Source of the DNA: Escherichia virus TH44
Sequence record: MT446415.1
DNA length: 64,000 nt
Direction: 5' to 3' (one strand)
The notes beneath the pieces were generated by a model that was given only the letters and a program-made list of their open reading frames with translations, had not been told where the DNA came from and made no database searches. Positions 1 through 9,169 of the stretch are shown here, piece by piece (positions within the stretch are counted from its first letter, which is position 1; each line of letters opens with the position of its first letter). Position numbers and translations under genes: made by a program.

Positions 1-236
1 AATGAATAACCAAACTGGTCAGCGAACTTTTTAATTTGATTAACCAAACCGTATGGTAATTTACGATTGTAATCCAGGAGGCGGATTCGTCCGTCCCAAA
101 CTCCCTGCTTGAACTTTGGATTGAAGCGATAGTTTTCAGCTTCGAAGCTGAAGTAATCACGGAGTTCGTAGAAGATTCCATCTTCACATTCAACATGCAC
201 GTGACTAAAATTTAGAAAGTTGATTTTAATATCCAT
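1..236 (-). CDS. uvsW: UvsW helicase, N-terminal part (gene continues past window start)
   Basis: Reverse-strand ATG at 236; translation MDIKINFLNFSHVHVECEDGIFYELRDYFSFEAENYRFNPKFKQGVWDGRIRLLDYNRKLPYGLVNQIKKF resembles recalled T4 UvsW N-terminus; truncated by window edge. Confidence 0.8.
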   Translation of the reverse strand, partial: MDIKINFLNFSHVHVECEDGIFYELRDYFSFEAENYRFNPKFKQGVWDGRIRLLDYNRKLPYGLVNQIKKFADQFGYS

Positions 237-264
237 GATGATTCCAAGGTAATAAATATATCTA

Positions 265-272
265 TATTTATA
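265..272 (-). promoter_or_regulatory. T4-type late promoter TATAAATA upstream of uvsW
   Basis: Plus-strand tatttata = reverse-strand TATAAATA, about 29 nt upstream of uvsW ATG. Confidence 0.5.
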
Positions 273-290
273 CACTAACCGAGGTTCATC

Positions 291-956
291 ATGATTGACA
301 AGAACTACATTGAGGAAATTCGTGTCCTCGAGAAAAAAGAAGCCAAAGAAAAATTAGCTGAATATGCAGCATCACTTGGTGTTGATGTTAAGAAAACAAA
401 AACCTTTGATAATATGTTGGCTGACCTGGAAGCAGGACTTAAAGCATTTGCTGACATGCCTATGCCTGATGATAATGAAGGCCTGAGCATCACTGACCTT
501 ATCGATGCCGATGATGAATTGTCAGGTGCTAAATTTGATGGCGATGAGTCAGCTAAAGAAGAAGCTAAGCTCTTATTTGATGCTCCAACCGAAGCAAAGG
601 TTGAAGTTGTTGAAATCGAAGAACCAGTTGTTTTGGTCGAAGAAGATGTTCCTTTTGTCGAAGAAAAGTTCGAAGCAGCTGTTGCTAAGGTTATCGAATC
701 TGAAAAACCTGTATTTGCTCTGCCAAAAAACTTTAGTCCAAATCTTATGCTTATTGGCAAGAACCCTGGATTCTGTACTGTTCCATGGTGGATTTATCAG
801 TGGATTTCTGAGACTCCGGATTGGAAAGAACGTCCGACTAGCTTCCAACATCCTACTGCACACCAAACACTATTCAGCTTGATTTATTACATCAATCGTA
901 ATGGGTCTGTTCTAATACGAGAAACTCGTAACTCATCTTTTGTCACTTTAAAATAA
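291..956 (+). CDS. inh: Inh-like protein (prohead protease inhibitor position), acidic N-terminal half
   Basis: 221 aa ORF with GAGG RBS; immediately upstream of hoc as in T4; identity assigned by position and composition only. Confidence 0.55.
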   Translation: MIDKNYIEEIRVLEKKEAKEKLAEYAASLGVDVKKTKTFDNMLADLEAGLKAFADMPMPDDNEGLSITDLIDADDELSGAKFDGDESAKEEAKLLFDAPTEAKVEVVEIEEPVVLVEEDVPFVEEKFEAAVAKVIESEKPVFALPKNFSPNLMLIGKNPGFCTVPWWIYQWISETPDWKERPTSFQHPTAHQTLFSLIYYINRNGSVLIRETRNSSFVTLK

Positions 957-965
957 GGGTTTATT

Positions 966-2378
966 ATGGCTTATACCGTAGCTATTGCTCCTTTGGCGGC
1001 TACGGCCGTTATTGGAGCAACAACCAATTTCACTGCAACCGGCTCTGGCGCTGCAGCTGAAGGTGTTGAATCATTTGTATGGACCGTTAATGGCGTTCCT
1101 CAATCTTCTGTGACTGCAGCAATGGCTTATGTCGCTGTTGGTCCAGCAGGCAGTAAGACTATTAAAGTTGTTGCAACCACCACTCCAGCAGAAGGTGAAC
1201 CGGAAACTGCTGAGGCTGAGACAACTTTAACTATCCAGAATAAAACAATGCCTGCTATTACATTGACTTTAGACCCTGCCTCTGTTACTAAAGAAGTGGG
1301 ACAATCTCAAGTTGTTACTGCTAACGTGACGGGTGCTCCTTCTGGTGCAACAATCACTTACGTTTGGAAACGTAACACTAGCGTAATCGCAGGTCAAACC
1401 GGTAAAACTATTACCGTAACCGAAGCGGCGGCAGCAAATTATACATTGAACTGTGAAGTTACTGTTTCTGCACCCGATTATAATAATGGTACTGCAACTA
1501 AAGGAGCTGCGGTATCTTTTGTTAAGAAAACTATGACAGGTGTTTCCGTTACTTTAACGCCCGCCTCAATTAGTACAGAGAAAGACTCACCTGCACAGTT
1601 TAAAGCGGATGTAGTCGGCGCTCCGGTCGGCGTAAAGGCAACTTATTCTTGGAAGAAAAATGGTTCTATTATTCCAGGCGAAAGCAGTAATATTCTTGCT
1701 GTTGATACGTCTACAATAGGTTCTTACTCTATTGAAGTTTCGGTACTCCTAACAGGTGCGGATTATAATGATTTAACCGTTACCAAAACAGGAAGTGTAG
1801 CAATTACTAAAAAGACTATGACAGGTGTTTCCGTTACTTTAACGCCGGCTTCTATTACCGTCTCTGAAGGACTCCCAGCTTCTTTTAAAGCTACCGTAGC
1901 CGGCGCGCCTAGTGGTGCTACTTTTGCATATTCTTGGAAGAAAGACGGTTTAGCTGTTGCTGGCACCACGGATACCCTAGCAATCGATACAAGCGCTGAA
2001 GGTTCACAGGTTATTGAAGTTTCTGTTGTGGTTTCGGCGACTAATTACAACCCAGTGACTGTCAAAAAAACTGGTAATGTAACAGTCACCGCTAAAGTCG
2101 CTCCTGAACCAGAGGGCGAACTACCTTACGTTCATCCGCTACCAGTTCGTAATTCAGCTTATATCTGGTGTGGTTGGTGGGTTATGGATGAAATCCAGAA
2201 AATGACTCTTGAAGGCAAAGACTGGAAAACCGATGACCCTGATAGTGATTTCTATCTCCATCGTTATACTCTTCAAAAAATGATTGCCGATTATCCAGAG
2301 GTCGATGTACAAGAATCCCGTAATGGATATATTATCCATCGTTCGGCTCTTGACGCAGGTATAATTTATTTTTACTGA
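966..2378 (+). CDS. hoc: Hoc head outer capsid decoration protein with extra Ig-like domain
   Basis: 470 aa; C-terminus PEPEGELPYVHPLPVRNSAYIWCGWWVMDEIQKMT...YPEVDVQESRNGYIIH matches recalled T4 Hoc capsid-binding domain; repeated Ig-like modules. Confidence 0.9.
   Translation: MAYTVAIAPLAATAVIGATTNFTATGSGAAAEGVESFVWTVNGVPQSSVTAAMAYVAVGPAGSKTIKVVATTTPAEGEPETAEAETTLTIQNKTMPAITLTLDPASVTKEVGQSQVVTANVTGAPSGATITYVWKRNTSVIAGQTGKTITVTEAAAANYTLNCEVTVSAPDYNNGTATKGAAVSFVKKTMTGVSVTLTPASISTEKDSPAQFKADVVGAPVGVKATYSWKKNGSIIPGESSNILAVDTSTIGSYSIEVSVLLTGADYNDLTVTKTGSVAITKKTMTGVSVTLTPASITVSEGLPASFKATVAGAPSGATFAYSWKKDGLAVAGTTDTLAIDTSAEGSQVIEVSVVVSATNYNPVTVKKTGNVTVTAKVAPEPEGELPYVHPLPVRNSAYIWCGWWVMDEIQKMTLEGKDWKTDDPDSDFYLHRYTLQKMIADYPEVDVQESRNGYIIHRSALDAGIIYFY
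1531..1847 (+). repeat. Internal direct repeat in hoc (Ig-domain duplication, about 285 bp period)
   Basis: 32-bp identical segment actatgacaggtgtttccgttactttaacgcc at 1531-1562 and 1816-1847; protein KKTMTGVSVTLTPASI occurs twice. Confidence 0.8.
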
Positions 2379-2397
2379 TACCTAATTCAAAATAACC

Positions 2398-2411
2398 GGG
2401 CCGCAAGGCCC
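2398..2411 (+). other. GNRA-type hairpin GGGCC-GCAA-GGCCC between hoc and collagen-like gene
   Basis: Perfect 5-bp stem with GCAA loop; not followed by a T-run, so likely an RNA stability/processing hairpin rather than terminator. Confidence 0.4.
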
Positions 2412-2427
2412 TTAATCCGGAGGTTGT

Positions 2428-4458
2428 ATGAGTGTAGAAGTAATTTTGGTAACTAAGTACACTATACCTGAACTTATCCAAGCCGTTAATGAAAAACAAA
2501 CGGTTGGATATTTTCCTGCTTGTGGTGTTCTTTATTTTAATAATAGATTTACCCAATTAATGACCTTAGACACAAATGCTACAGAAGTTCCATCAGCACC
2601 TTATACCATAATAGCCGAACAAAACGGTGTTTTATGGGCGGAAGCCGCTTCAGCTTTTGTGGATGCAAATCCGACAGCAGAATGCTTATCACCTGTAGAA
2701 TATATAGATTCGCTATACATGCAAGCTTATGGGGACGCAAGGGCCGCATCCGGTGGCGGTTCGACGGGGCCTAAAGGTGATACCGGTCCAATGGGTCCAA
2801 TGGGTCCTCAAGGTATTCAAGGGCCAATAGGTCCAGAAGGTCCCCAAGGTTTAAAAGGAGAAAAAGGTGATACTGGTCCTCAAGGTCCTCAAGGTCCACA
2901 GGGAGTAAAGGGAGACACAGGAGCAACCGGTTTAACTGGGGCTGAAGGGCCACAAGGACCTATAGGTTTAACGGGCCCTAGTGGAGCCCAGGGTGTTAAA
3001 GGCGATACAGGTCCTCAAGGACCCCAGGGTTTGAAGGGTGAAAAAGGTGATACCGGACCGCAAGGCCCACAAGGAGAACCAGGCACCGGCAATGGCGGTC
3101 TGAAATGGTATACAGAAGATGCTGGTAAAACTTATCCTATTATAGATGTGGACCCAAATTTATCACAAATAGGAATGGGTAATCCAGATGGTGGATACGT
3201 CCAATTAAAATTTATGACCGGAGGCAATAACGCTGGACATATAATGGCTGATGATGGGACCATGACGTTATGGAAAACCCAGCAAAGCACACTCAATCTT
3301 TCGGATAACTCGGCAGCACTGCATAACCATGCCAACGTGGAACTTGCCAATGCTGACATGACGCTTAACATGGATGGGCGTGACTTGACTGTTAGTGATG
3401 TGGATAGTATTCGTCTCCAGCTCAATGCGGACAGAAGCGCTCTGGTGGCGCCGGCGGACGTTGCAAACGTGACAGTATCCACTGAAGGCACTGCACAGGT
3501 CATGGCTAATACTTACATCCAACTGAATGCAGTAAACAACAGGTCTATAATTCAGCTAGACGAATCCGCTATCACCACAAGGTCAGGTCGCTCAAACACT
3601 GAACTCACAGATGCTACATACCGTGCCAGTGCGCCGGACTTAGACGGCCGAATTTCGTTGACTCTGGGTCCGCATGCAAAGTTCCTGGCTACACCTACCA
3701 ATACTGCAATCAATTTTAGTAAAAGTACTGTAACAACCAGAATGCTCATGGATAGTACCGGGATAAACATTGAAACATTAACCGAGGCACCTGTGTTTAT
3801 ACGGAATGTCGATAAGGTGGTTTATACGGCTGATAAAGGTGTGGCTACCATTGGACGGGGTGATTATACACAGGTCGTTGACCAAACTGGGGTAGTAATC
3901 ACTACGGGTGCAGGTAATGTAAGCACTCAAAATGCCACTGGATTTATTAAAGACACTGCCGGCGAGTATCAGTACCGCATCGACAACAAATTGGTATTCT
4001 TCTCTAGTGGGGACATTACAAGAATTAACACAGATGCTTGTGGTGTTGAACTTGATAATGGTTCAGGCATTGCTTATAATAGTGGCACAGGCGAACATAC
4101 TTTTCTTGGCGGTAACGTAGCCCCAGGTGCGGCCAATATAAGTTTAGGTGGAGCTGTTGCTCCGTGGGCTTCAATTTATCTGGATAGTTCTACCCCACGT
4201 GTAATTCAGACCAACACGGCCCACGCGGAAGTCCCAGCTGCTACAATAGCTAAGATGGCTACACTTGTCCCACAAGCTCTGAACACAGCATCCGGTGGCT
4301 TCACAATGGGATATGTTTACGAGGATGTGATTGCAGCTTTAGGCGCCGTCGATGCTGAACTCTACGGGCTTGCATGGATGGAAGGCGGGAAGAAGGTCAT
4401 TAACCCTGTTGCAATACTTGCTATGGAGGCGTTATACGTTCGTAGTAAATTAGTCTAA
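2428..4458 (+). CDS. Collagen-like repeat protein (fibre-like), about 36 G-X-Y triplets plus large C-terminal domain
   Basis: 676 aa ORF with GGAGG RBS; residues about 112-225 are uninterrupted GPQGPQG/GDTGP Gly-X-Y repeats; inserted between hoc and rnlB-side small genes. Confidence 0.8.
   Translation: MSVEVILVTKYTIPELIQAVNEKQTVGYFPACGVLYFNNRFTQLMTLDTNATEVPSAPYTIIAEQNGVLWAEAASAFVDANPTAECLSPVEYIDSLYMQAYGDARAASGGGSTGPKGDTGPMGPMGPQGIQGPIGPEGPQGLKGEKGDTGPQGPQGPQGVKGDTGATGLTGAEGPQGPIGLTGPSGAQGVKGDTGPQGPQGLKGEKGDTGPQGPQGEPGTGNGGLKWYTEDAGKTYPIIDVDPNLSQIGMGNPDGGYVQLKFMTGGNNAGHIMADDGTMTLWKTQQSTLNLSDNSAALHNHANVELANADMTLNMDGRDLTVSDVDSIRLQLNADRSALVAPADVANVTVSTEGTAQVMANTYIQLNAVNNRSIIQLDESAITTRSGRSNTELTDATYRASAPDLDGRISLTLGPHAKFLATPTNTAINFSKSTVTTRMLMDSTGINIETLTEAPVFIRNVDKVVYTADKGVATIGRGDYTQVVDQTGVVITTGAGNVSTQNATGFIKDTAGEYQYRIDNKLVFFSSGDITRINTDACGVELDNGSGIAYNSGTGEHTFLGGNVAPGAANISLGGAVAPWASIYLDSSTPRVIQTNTAHAEVPAATIAKMATLVPQALNTASGGFTMGYVYEDVIAALGAVDAELYGLAWMEGGKKVINPVAILAMEALYVRSKLV
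2761..3095 (+). repeat. Collagen-type triplet (G-X-Y) coding repeat
   Basis: ggtcctcaaggtcc-type 9-bp periodic units encoding GPQ/GDT/GEK triplets. Confidence 0.8.
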
Positions 4459-4465
4459 AAAAAAA

Positions 4466-4493
4466 TGGGAGAGCGAAAGCTCTCCCATTTTTA
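4466..4493 (+). terminator. Rho-independent terminator after collagen-like gene
   Basis: TGGGAGAGC-GAAA-GCTCTCCCA stem-loop followed by TTTTT. Confidence 0.8.
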
Positions 4494-4494
4494 T

Positions 4495-4524
4495 GTTTAC
4501 AAGTTAAAAATTCCATGTTAAGAT
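4495..4524 (+). promoter_or_regulatory. Candidate sigma70-type early promoter (-35 GTTTAC, -10 TAAGAT)
   Basis: GTTTAC at 4495-4500, 18-nt spacer, TAAGAT at 4519-4524, upstream of ORF at 4542. Confidence 0.4.
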
Positions 4525-4541
4525 AGCTTCACTAACTCAAC

Positions 4542-4745
4542 ATGAGAATCATTATGGATAAGGTTAAAGTACATTTTTTACACGAATCTGGTATGACATT
4601 TATTGAAATCGCCAAGGTACTAGGCGGGACTGCTAAAGAGATGGCAAAGGCCTGGGTTGATGTAGAACAAGCCAAAGCTAAATTTAAAGCGAAAGAAAAG
4701 ATTGTTTATCGTAAACGTTTGAATAACAAAAAGGTGAAGAAATGA
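4542..4745 (+). CDS. Hypothetical small protein (T4 24.3 position)
   Basis: 67 aa ORF downstream of candidate promoter; positional analogue between hoc and rnlB. Confidence 0.55.
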   Translation: MRIIMDKVKVHFLHESGMTFIEIAKVLGGTAKEMAKAWVDVEQAKAKFKAKEKIVYRKRLNNKKVKK

Positions 4746-5005
4746 CATTCGCAGAAGAACTACGCCAAATAGCCAAAGAGTCACAAGATAAAGTTGCAAA
4801 TGACTTTATTGCTATATTTCGCAAAGTGGCTCTTAACGCCGCCGAGAATGGCAAAGATGCTGTTAATATGGCAGTTTCTGAAAAAGAGTATGAAGAAGGA
4901 AACCGTGCAAAGATATCTGAATTTATGCGAGCAGAAAAATTTACATCATTTACCTGGAATTATGATTGGCAAGAAAACAAGCCAATGCTGTATGTAAAAT
5001 TCTGA
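4742..5005 (+). CDS. Hypothetical small protein (T4 24.2 position)
   Basis: 87 aa ORF overlapping previous stop (translational coupling). Confidence 0.55.
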   Translation: MTFAEELRQIAKESQDKVANDFIAIFRKVALNAAENGKDAVNMAVSEKEYEEGNRAKISEFMRAEKFTSFTWNYDWQENKPMLYVKF

Positions 5006-5010
5006 CCTTT

Positions 5011-5038
5011 TTTGCTTCAAATAAAAATGTGGTATAAT
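5011..5038 (+). promoter_or_regulatory. MotA-box middle promoter (TTTGCTTCA + 13 nt + TATAAT) upstream of rnlB
   Basis: MotA-box-like TTTGCTTCA at 5011-5019 and TATAAT at 5033-5038; followed by conserved GGTTCTAGACC also seen at 15208 and 40078. Confidence 0.55.
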
Positions 5039-5135
5039 GGTTCTAGACCCTTTGCGACTATTAATTCCTTTCAGAGAAAGAAAGTATAGTGGGTCTAATT
5101 TATAATGATATTTATAACATCAAAAGTGAGAGATT

Positions 5136-6143
5136 ATGTTTAAGAAATACAACAGCCTTGAAAATCACTATAACAACAAGTTCATTGAAAAGATTCGCCT
5201 GCAAGGCTTCACCAGCGGTGAATGGGTAGCTCGTGAGAAGATTCATGGTACCAACTTTTCATTAATCATTGAACAAGACAATGTGACATGTGCGAAACGC
5301 ACTGGACCTATCTTGCCTGCAGAAGATTTCTATGGTTATGAAATTGTATTAAAGAATTATGCAGATTCCATTAAAACTGTGCAGAAACTTTTGCAGGATA
5401 TTAATTACCAGGCATATCAGATTTATGGTGAGTTTGCCGGGGCAGGTATCCAGAAGAATGTGGATTACGGTGATAAAGATTTTTATGTATTTGATATCCG
5501 CGTTACTAAAGAAGATGGTTTTGAATCCGTCCTGACTGACACCTTGATGGAAGCATTCTGTATTATCCATAAGTTTAAGGTTGCACCGCGACTGGCTACG
5601 GGTAGTTTTGAAGAATTAATTAAGCTCCCTAATGACCTGGATTCCGTTGTCCCTGATTACAATTTCACAGTGGATAACGCAGGATTGACTACAGCAAATA
5701 CCACTGATTTTGCTGCAAAGGCGGAAGGTAAAGTATTCACTGCCGAAGGATTTGTATTAAAACCTGATGTTCCTGCATGGTTACCTAACGGTGAGCGTGT
5801 AGCGATTAAATGTAAGAACTCTAAATTCAGCGAAAAGAAAAAGTCTGATAAACCAATTAAAGCTGCAGTGGTTCTGAGCCAAAATGATATGGATTTACTG
5901 TGGAATTTCACTGATTATGTGACTGTTAACCGTATCAATAATGTTATCAGTAAAATTGGGGAAGTAACACCGAAGGATTTTGGGAAGGTAATGGGGCTAA
6001 CAGTTCAAGATATCCTGGAAGAAGCCGCTCGTGAAGGCCTTGAATTGTCCCTGACGGAAAATCCTGTTGAAGTTAAAAAGCAACTTATTGCAAATGTAAA
6101 AGAAACATTAAGACATGTTTGGATTACATTAATTAGTGAATAA
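5136..6143 (+). CDS. rnlB: RNA ligase 2 (Rnl2)
   Basis: 335 aa; [12 protein letters not shown]...[13 protein letters not shown] (adenylation lysine motif KxHG) ... [18 protein letters not shown] closely resembles recalled T4 Rnl2. Confidence 0.93.
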   Translation: MFKKYNSLENHYNNKFIEKIRLQGFTSGEWVAREKIHGTNFSLIIEQDNVTCAKRTGPILPAEDFYGYEIVLKNYADSIKTVQKLLQDINYQAYQIYGEFAGAGIQKNVDYGDKDFYVFDIRVTKEDGFESVLTDTLMEAFCIIHKFKVAPRLATGSFEELIKLPNDLDSVVPDYNFTVDNAGLTTANTTDFAAKAEGKVFTAEGFVLKPDVPAWLPNGERVAIKCKNSKFSEKKKSDKPIKAAVVLSQNDMDLLWNFTDYVTVNRINNVISKIGEVTPKDFGKVMGLTVQDILEEAAREGLELSLTENPVEVKKQLIANVKETLRHVWITLISE

Positions 6144-6147
6144 AAAA

Positions 6148-6172
6148 GGGCCGCAAGGCCCTTATTCTTTTT
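6148..6172. terminator. Bidirectional rho-independent terminator between rnlB and gp24 paralog
   Basis: GGGCC-GCAA-GGCCC hairpin flanked by A-run upstream and T-run downstream, between convergent stops. Confidence 0.75.
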
Positions 6173-7445
6173 CCAGTGGTGGAAGTTTAACACCAAGATA
6201 AGAACTCAATTGGCTTTGGTTAGCCATCTTATCCATATCAGCACCGTCAATAATGCGAGCTTCTTTATCGTCTTTAGCAACTGTATAAGGGTTCGCAGTC
6301 AATGCATAACGAGCTAACAGTGCAACCGTAGGCTGTAAGCTTTCAGGGTCAACAATAACCTTGAATTCCCCGACCGAGGTATCACCCTCATCATCAACTT
6401 CGCTAAGACCTTCCGTATAAGGCGCATAATACAAAGATGCGACCGTCTGTCCTTCACCCATATCAGCATTTACACCGACAATAACATAATCACATGGACT
6501 GTTCATATCTGCATAAAGCGGCAAACCGTTCTTCAGAACGCCATAGGCTAATTCATCCTGACCTTCCTTTTTCTCAACCCAGCCAGAAGCTGCTAAAATA
6601 GCTGCACAACGGGAAGAAGCGACTGCATATGTACCAGCAAACGAAGTCTGACGTTGAACTGCAGAGTTCATTTCACACATATAATAATACAGGGTTCGCG
6701 CACGGTCCTGAGCATTATCATATTTCGGGTCAGTAAGATTCAATACACCTTTTTCAGAAACACCTTGCACCTTGAAGCGGGAACTAACAGTAATAAGGGA
6801 TTGTAATACGTCCTTATTAATTTCCTCTGCCATTTGAATGCCGAGAATATTATCAATGAAATCTGTTGCATCGAAACCGTTTGCTTCCAGGTCTTGGGCA
6901 AGCTCAACAGTTAAAGAAGTTTTCAGCTTTCTGGATTTAACTTCGGTCTGCCATTTATCGATACGGAAACCCGCTTCGGCAATTTCAGGATGACCTTTTT
7001 CAAATTTATCAGTGAAAGCTGCATCTGACATCATTCTTATATGACCAGCAGCAATGGCTTCAGAAATAACTTCACCCAAATCAGTTTCGAGAGTCCCGGC
7101 GAATGGTGATGCTTCCAAAACTTTGAACACAACACTTTCAAACTGGAACATATCGCCGACTGCATAAGCTTCGTCTTTGTTTGTAAATTCTGGAATATTC
7201 TTACGCTCGAACATACCAATCTGTCCTGCAAATGTTGCTCCACCGAGATAAGTCATTTTATCATCTGGGTTCAGGACGCGAACACCATACAGCGCAGCAA
7301 CAGGCTGGGTAGTTTTCTGTTCAGCAACGAGTGCTTTAAAAATTCGTTTATTCGTAGCCTGAGTATAAGAAAGCAAATTAGGACGGGCGACCTGGTTGGC
7401 CGCCGTTAATGTTGATTCGTGAATTAGTGCGTTAATCTTTTGCAT
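6162..7445 (-). CDS. Capsid vertex protein gp24 paralog (second copy, more divergent)
   Basis: 427 aa; shares MxKINxL, QPVAALYGV, KSRKLKT, TVELAQDLEANGF, NKDVLQSLITVS, ANPYTVAKDDKEARIID with upstream copy; ATG directly abuts stop of upstream copy. Confidence 0.85.
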   Translation of the reverse strand: MQKINALIHESTLTAANQVARPNLLSYTQATNKRIFKALVAEQKTTQPVAALYGVRVLNPDDKMTYLGGATFAGQIGMFERKNIPEFTNKDEAYAVGDMFQFESVVFKVLEASPFAGTLETDLGEVISEAIAAGHIRMMSDAAFTDKFEKGHPEIAEAGFRIDKWQTEVKSRKLKTSLTVELAQDLEANGFDATDFIDNILGIQMAEEINKDVLQSLITVSSRFKVQGVSEKGVLNLTDPKYDNAQDRARTLYYYMCEMNSAVQRQTSFAGTYAVASSRCAAILAASGWVEKKEGQDELAYGVLKNGLPLYADMNSPCDYVIVGVNADMGEGQTVASLYYAPYTEGLSEVDDEGDTSVGEFKVIVDPESLQPTVALLARYALTANPYTVAKDDKEARIIDGADMDKMANQSQLSSYLGVKLPPLEKE

Positions 7446-8726
7446 TTACGCCTCATAAATGATTGGCGGAAGTTTAACACCGAGCAGATAAGACATATTG
7501 CTCTGACCGGCCATTAAATCCATATTGGTTGCATCGATAATACGAGCTTCTTTATCGTCTTTAGCAACGGTGTACGGGTTAGCTGAAAGCGCATAACGAA
7601 CCATCAAAGAGATAGCTGGCTGCAAACTATCGGGGTCCACAATGACCTTAAATGCGCCTACATGCTCTTCATCGTCTAAGTCCAGGCCTTCGGTATAAGG
7701 AGCATAGAAGATTGAGCCTACGACTTCGTTTCCACCGTAATTTTCTTTAACGCCAACGGTTACATAATCCAATGGACTGTTAACATCACAGAATACAGGG
7801 AGGCCATTAATCAAATAGCCGTACGCTGTTTCAGGAAGCCATTGTTCATCTTCTGGTTTATGTTTCAGCCACCCAGAGCCAGCCAACATAGCAGCAACAC
7901 GGCTAGAGGCAACAACAAAGGTACCGGAATAAGATGTAGTTTTCTGAATCTCGGAGTTCATTTCGCAAACCATTTCATATAATTTACGAGCGCTTTCTGG
8001 TGCAGAATTATATGACAAGTCAATAATGCCATTGTCAGAAACACCAGTTACTTTATAACGCTTGGAAACGGTAATAAGAGACTGAAGAACATCTTTGTTA
8101 ATTTCATCTGCCATAATAGTGGCAAGCAAGTCTTCCAGGAAAGCAGGAGCATTAAACCCATTTGCTTCCATATCCTGAGCAAGCTCAACAGTTAATGCAG
8201 TTTTCAATTTACGTGTTTTAACCGGAGCATTCCATTTGTTAACCTGGAATACAGCATTACTAATCTCAACATCACCGGCTTCAAATTTCTCGGTGTGCGC
8301 CGCATCAGGAACCAAACGAATGGTTAATGCAATAAGACCTTCTTGCAGAACATCGGATAGTACAGTTTCGGTAGTCGATGCAAATGGATTATCAACCAGA
8401 GCTTTATAAACGATATTCTGGAATTTAATGTATTCACCTTTAGCTACGGCTTGAGTTGGGGTTGTAAATTCCGGGATAGTTTCACGGTCTTTAGAACCAA
8501 CTTCACCGCCATAAACGGCACCGGTTTGGAAACTGAATTCATTATCAGGAGTAAGATATTTAACACCGTACAGAGCCGCAACTGGCTGGTTCGTACGTTG
8601 TTCAGCGATAATATCGCGGTAAATCAATTTGGTTGTAGCGCGGGTCAAAGCAACAAGATTCGGGCGGCCCAAGGAGTTGCTGGTAGTGGTAGTTGACTCG
8701 CGCAGTAATTTGTTAATCTTTGCCAT
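7446..8726 (-). CDS. 24: Capsid vertex protein gp24
   Basis: 426 aa; MAKINKLLRESTTT...PNLVALTRATTKLIY closely resembles recalled T4 gp24; HK97-fold relative of gp23. Confidence 0.9.
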   Translation of the reverse strand: MAKINKLLRESTTTTSNSLGRPNLVALTRATTKLIYRDIIAEQRTNQPVAALYGVKYLTPDNEFSFQTGAVYGGEVGSKDRETIPEFTTPTQAVAKGEYIKFQNIVYKALVDNPFASTTETVLSDVLQEGLIALTIRLVPDAAHTEKFEAGDVEISNAVFQVNKWNAPVKTRKLKTALTVELAQDMEANGFNAPAFLEDLLATIMADEINKDVLQSLITVSKRYKVTGVSDNGIIDLSYNSAPESARKLYEMVCEMNSEIQKTTSYSGTFVVASSRVAAMLAGSGWLKHKPEDEQWLPETAYGYLINGLPVFCDVNSPLDYVTVGVKENYGGNEVVGSIFYAPYTEGLDLDDEEHVGAFKVIVDPDSLQPAISLMVRYALSANPYTVAKDDKEARIIDATNMDLMAGQSNMSYLLGVKLPPIIYEA

Positions 8727-8753
8727 TTGCGCTTTTCCTTTTGTGATATACTT

Positions 8754-8761
8754 TATTTATA
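8754..8761 (-). promoter_or_regulatory. Late promoter TATAAATA for gene 24
   Basis: Reverse-strand TATAAATA 28 nt upstream of gp24 ATG. Confidence 0.6.
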
Positions 8762-8767
8762 AAAGTT

Positions 8768-8797
8768 GTTTACAACCAGATTAAGATAAGACATAAT
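8768..8797 (+). promoter_or_regulatory. Early promoter cassette (-35 GTTTAC, -10 CATAAT) for ORF 8838
   Basis: Same leader cataatgattccatactgagtta as cassettes at 47263, 48150, 48677. Confidence 0.5.
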
Positions 8798-8837
8798 GAT
8801 TCCATACTGAGTTAACAAACAAAACCTGGAGTTTAAA

Positions 8838-9119
8838 ATGAACAAATCAACTTTCCTTCTGAACACCTTTAAAAATCTGGAAATTGAAGTTATTGCCTTG
8901 GTCAACAAATACCCAAATGGTGTTAATGGTAATGCTCTGAACAAACTAGTTAAAAAATATGAAAACTTAGCATATGACACTGATTTCTGGTGGAATGGTA
9001 ATTATTCTACTCACACTAAAGATAAAAATGGTAACTGGTTGAAACTTCAAGAAAACAATGTTAACTTCAGAGACCTCATCAAGCGCCGGGTAGAAGTTCA
9101 TTTAAATGGTATGGTATGA
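8838..9119 (+). CDS. Hypothetical protein inserted between gene 24 and gene 23 on opposite strand
   Basis: 93 aa ORF with GGAG RBS and own promoter cassette; flanked by bidirectional terminator. Confidence 0.6.
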   Translation: MNKSTFLLNTFKNLEIEVIALVNKYPNGVNGNALNKLVKKYENLAYDTDFWWNGNYSTHTKDKNGNWLKLQENNVNFRDLIKRRVEVHLNGMV

Positions 9120-9129
9120 AAACAAGAAA

Positions 9130-9152
9130 GGGACCTCAAGGGTCCCTTTTTA
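9130..9152. terminator. Bidirectional terminator between ORF 8838 and gene 23
   Basis: GGGACC-TCAAG-GGTCCC hairpin with flanking A/T runs. Confidence 0.7.
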
Positions 9153-9169
9153 TTTAACTTAATCTAGGA

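Noticed and set aside
305-866. Reverse-strand ORFs (305-760, 573-866) and alternate-frame ORF 505-882 inside inh
   Set aside because: Low-complexity translations lying wholly within a gene that fits T4 synteny; no RBS or promoter.
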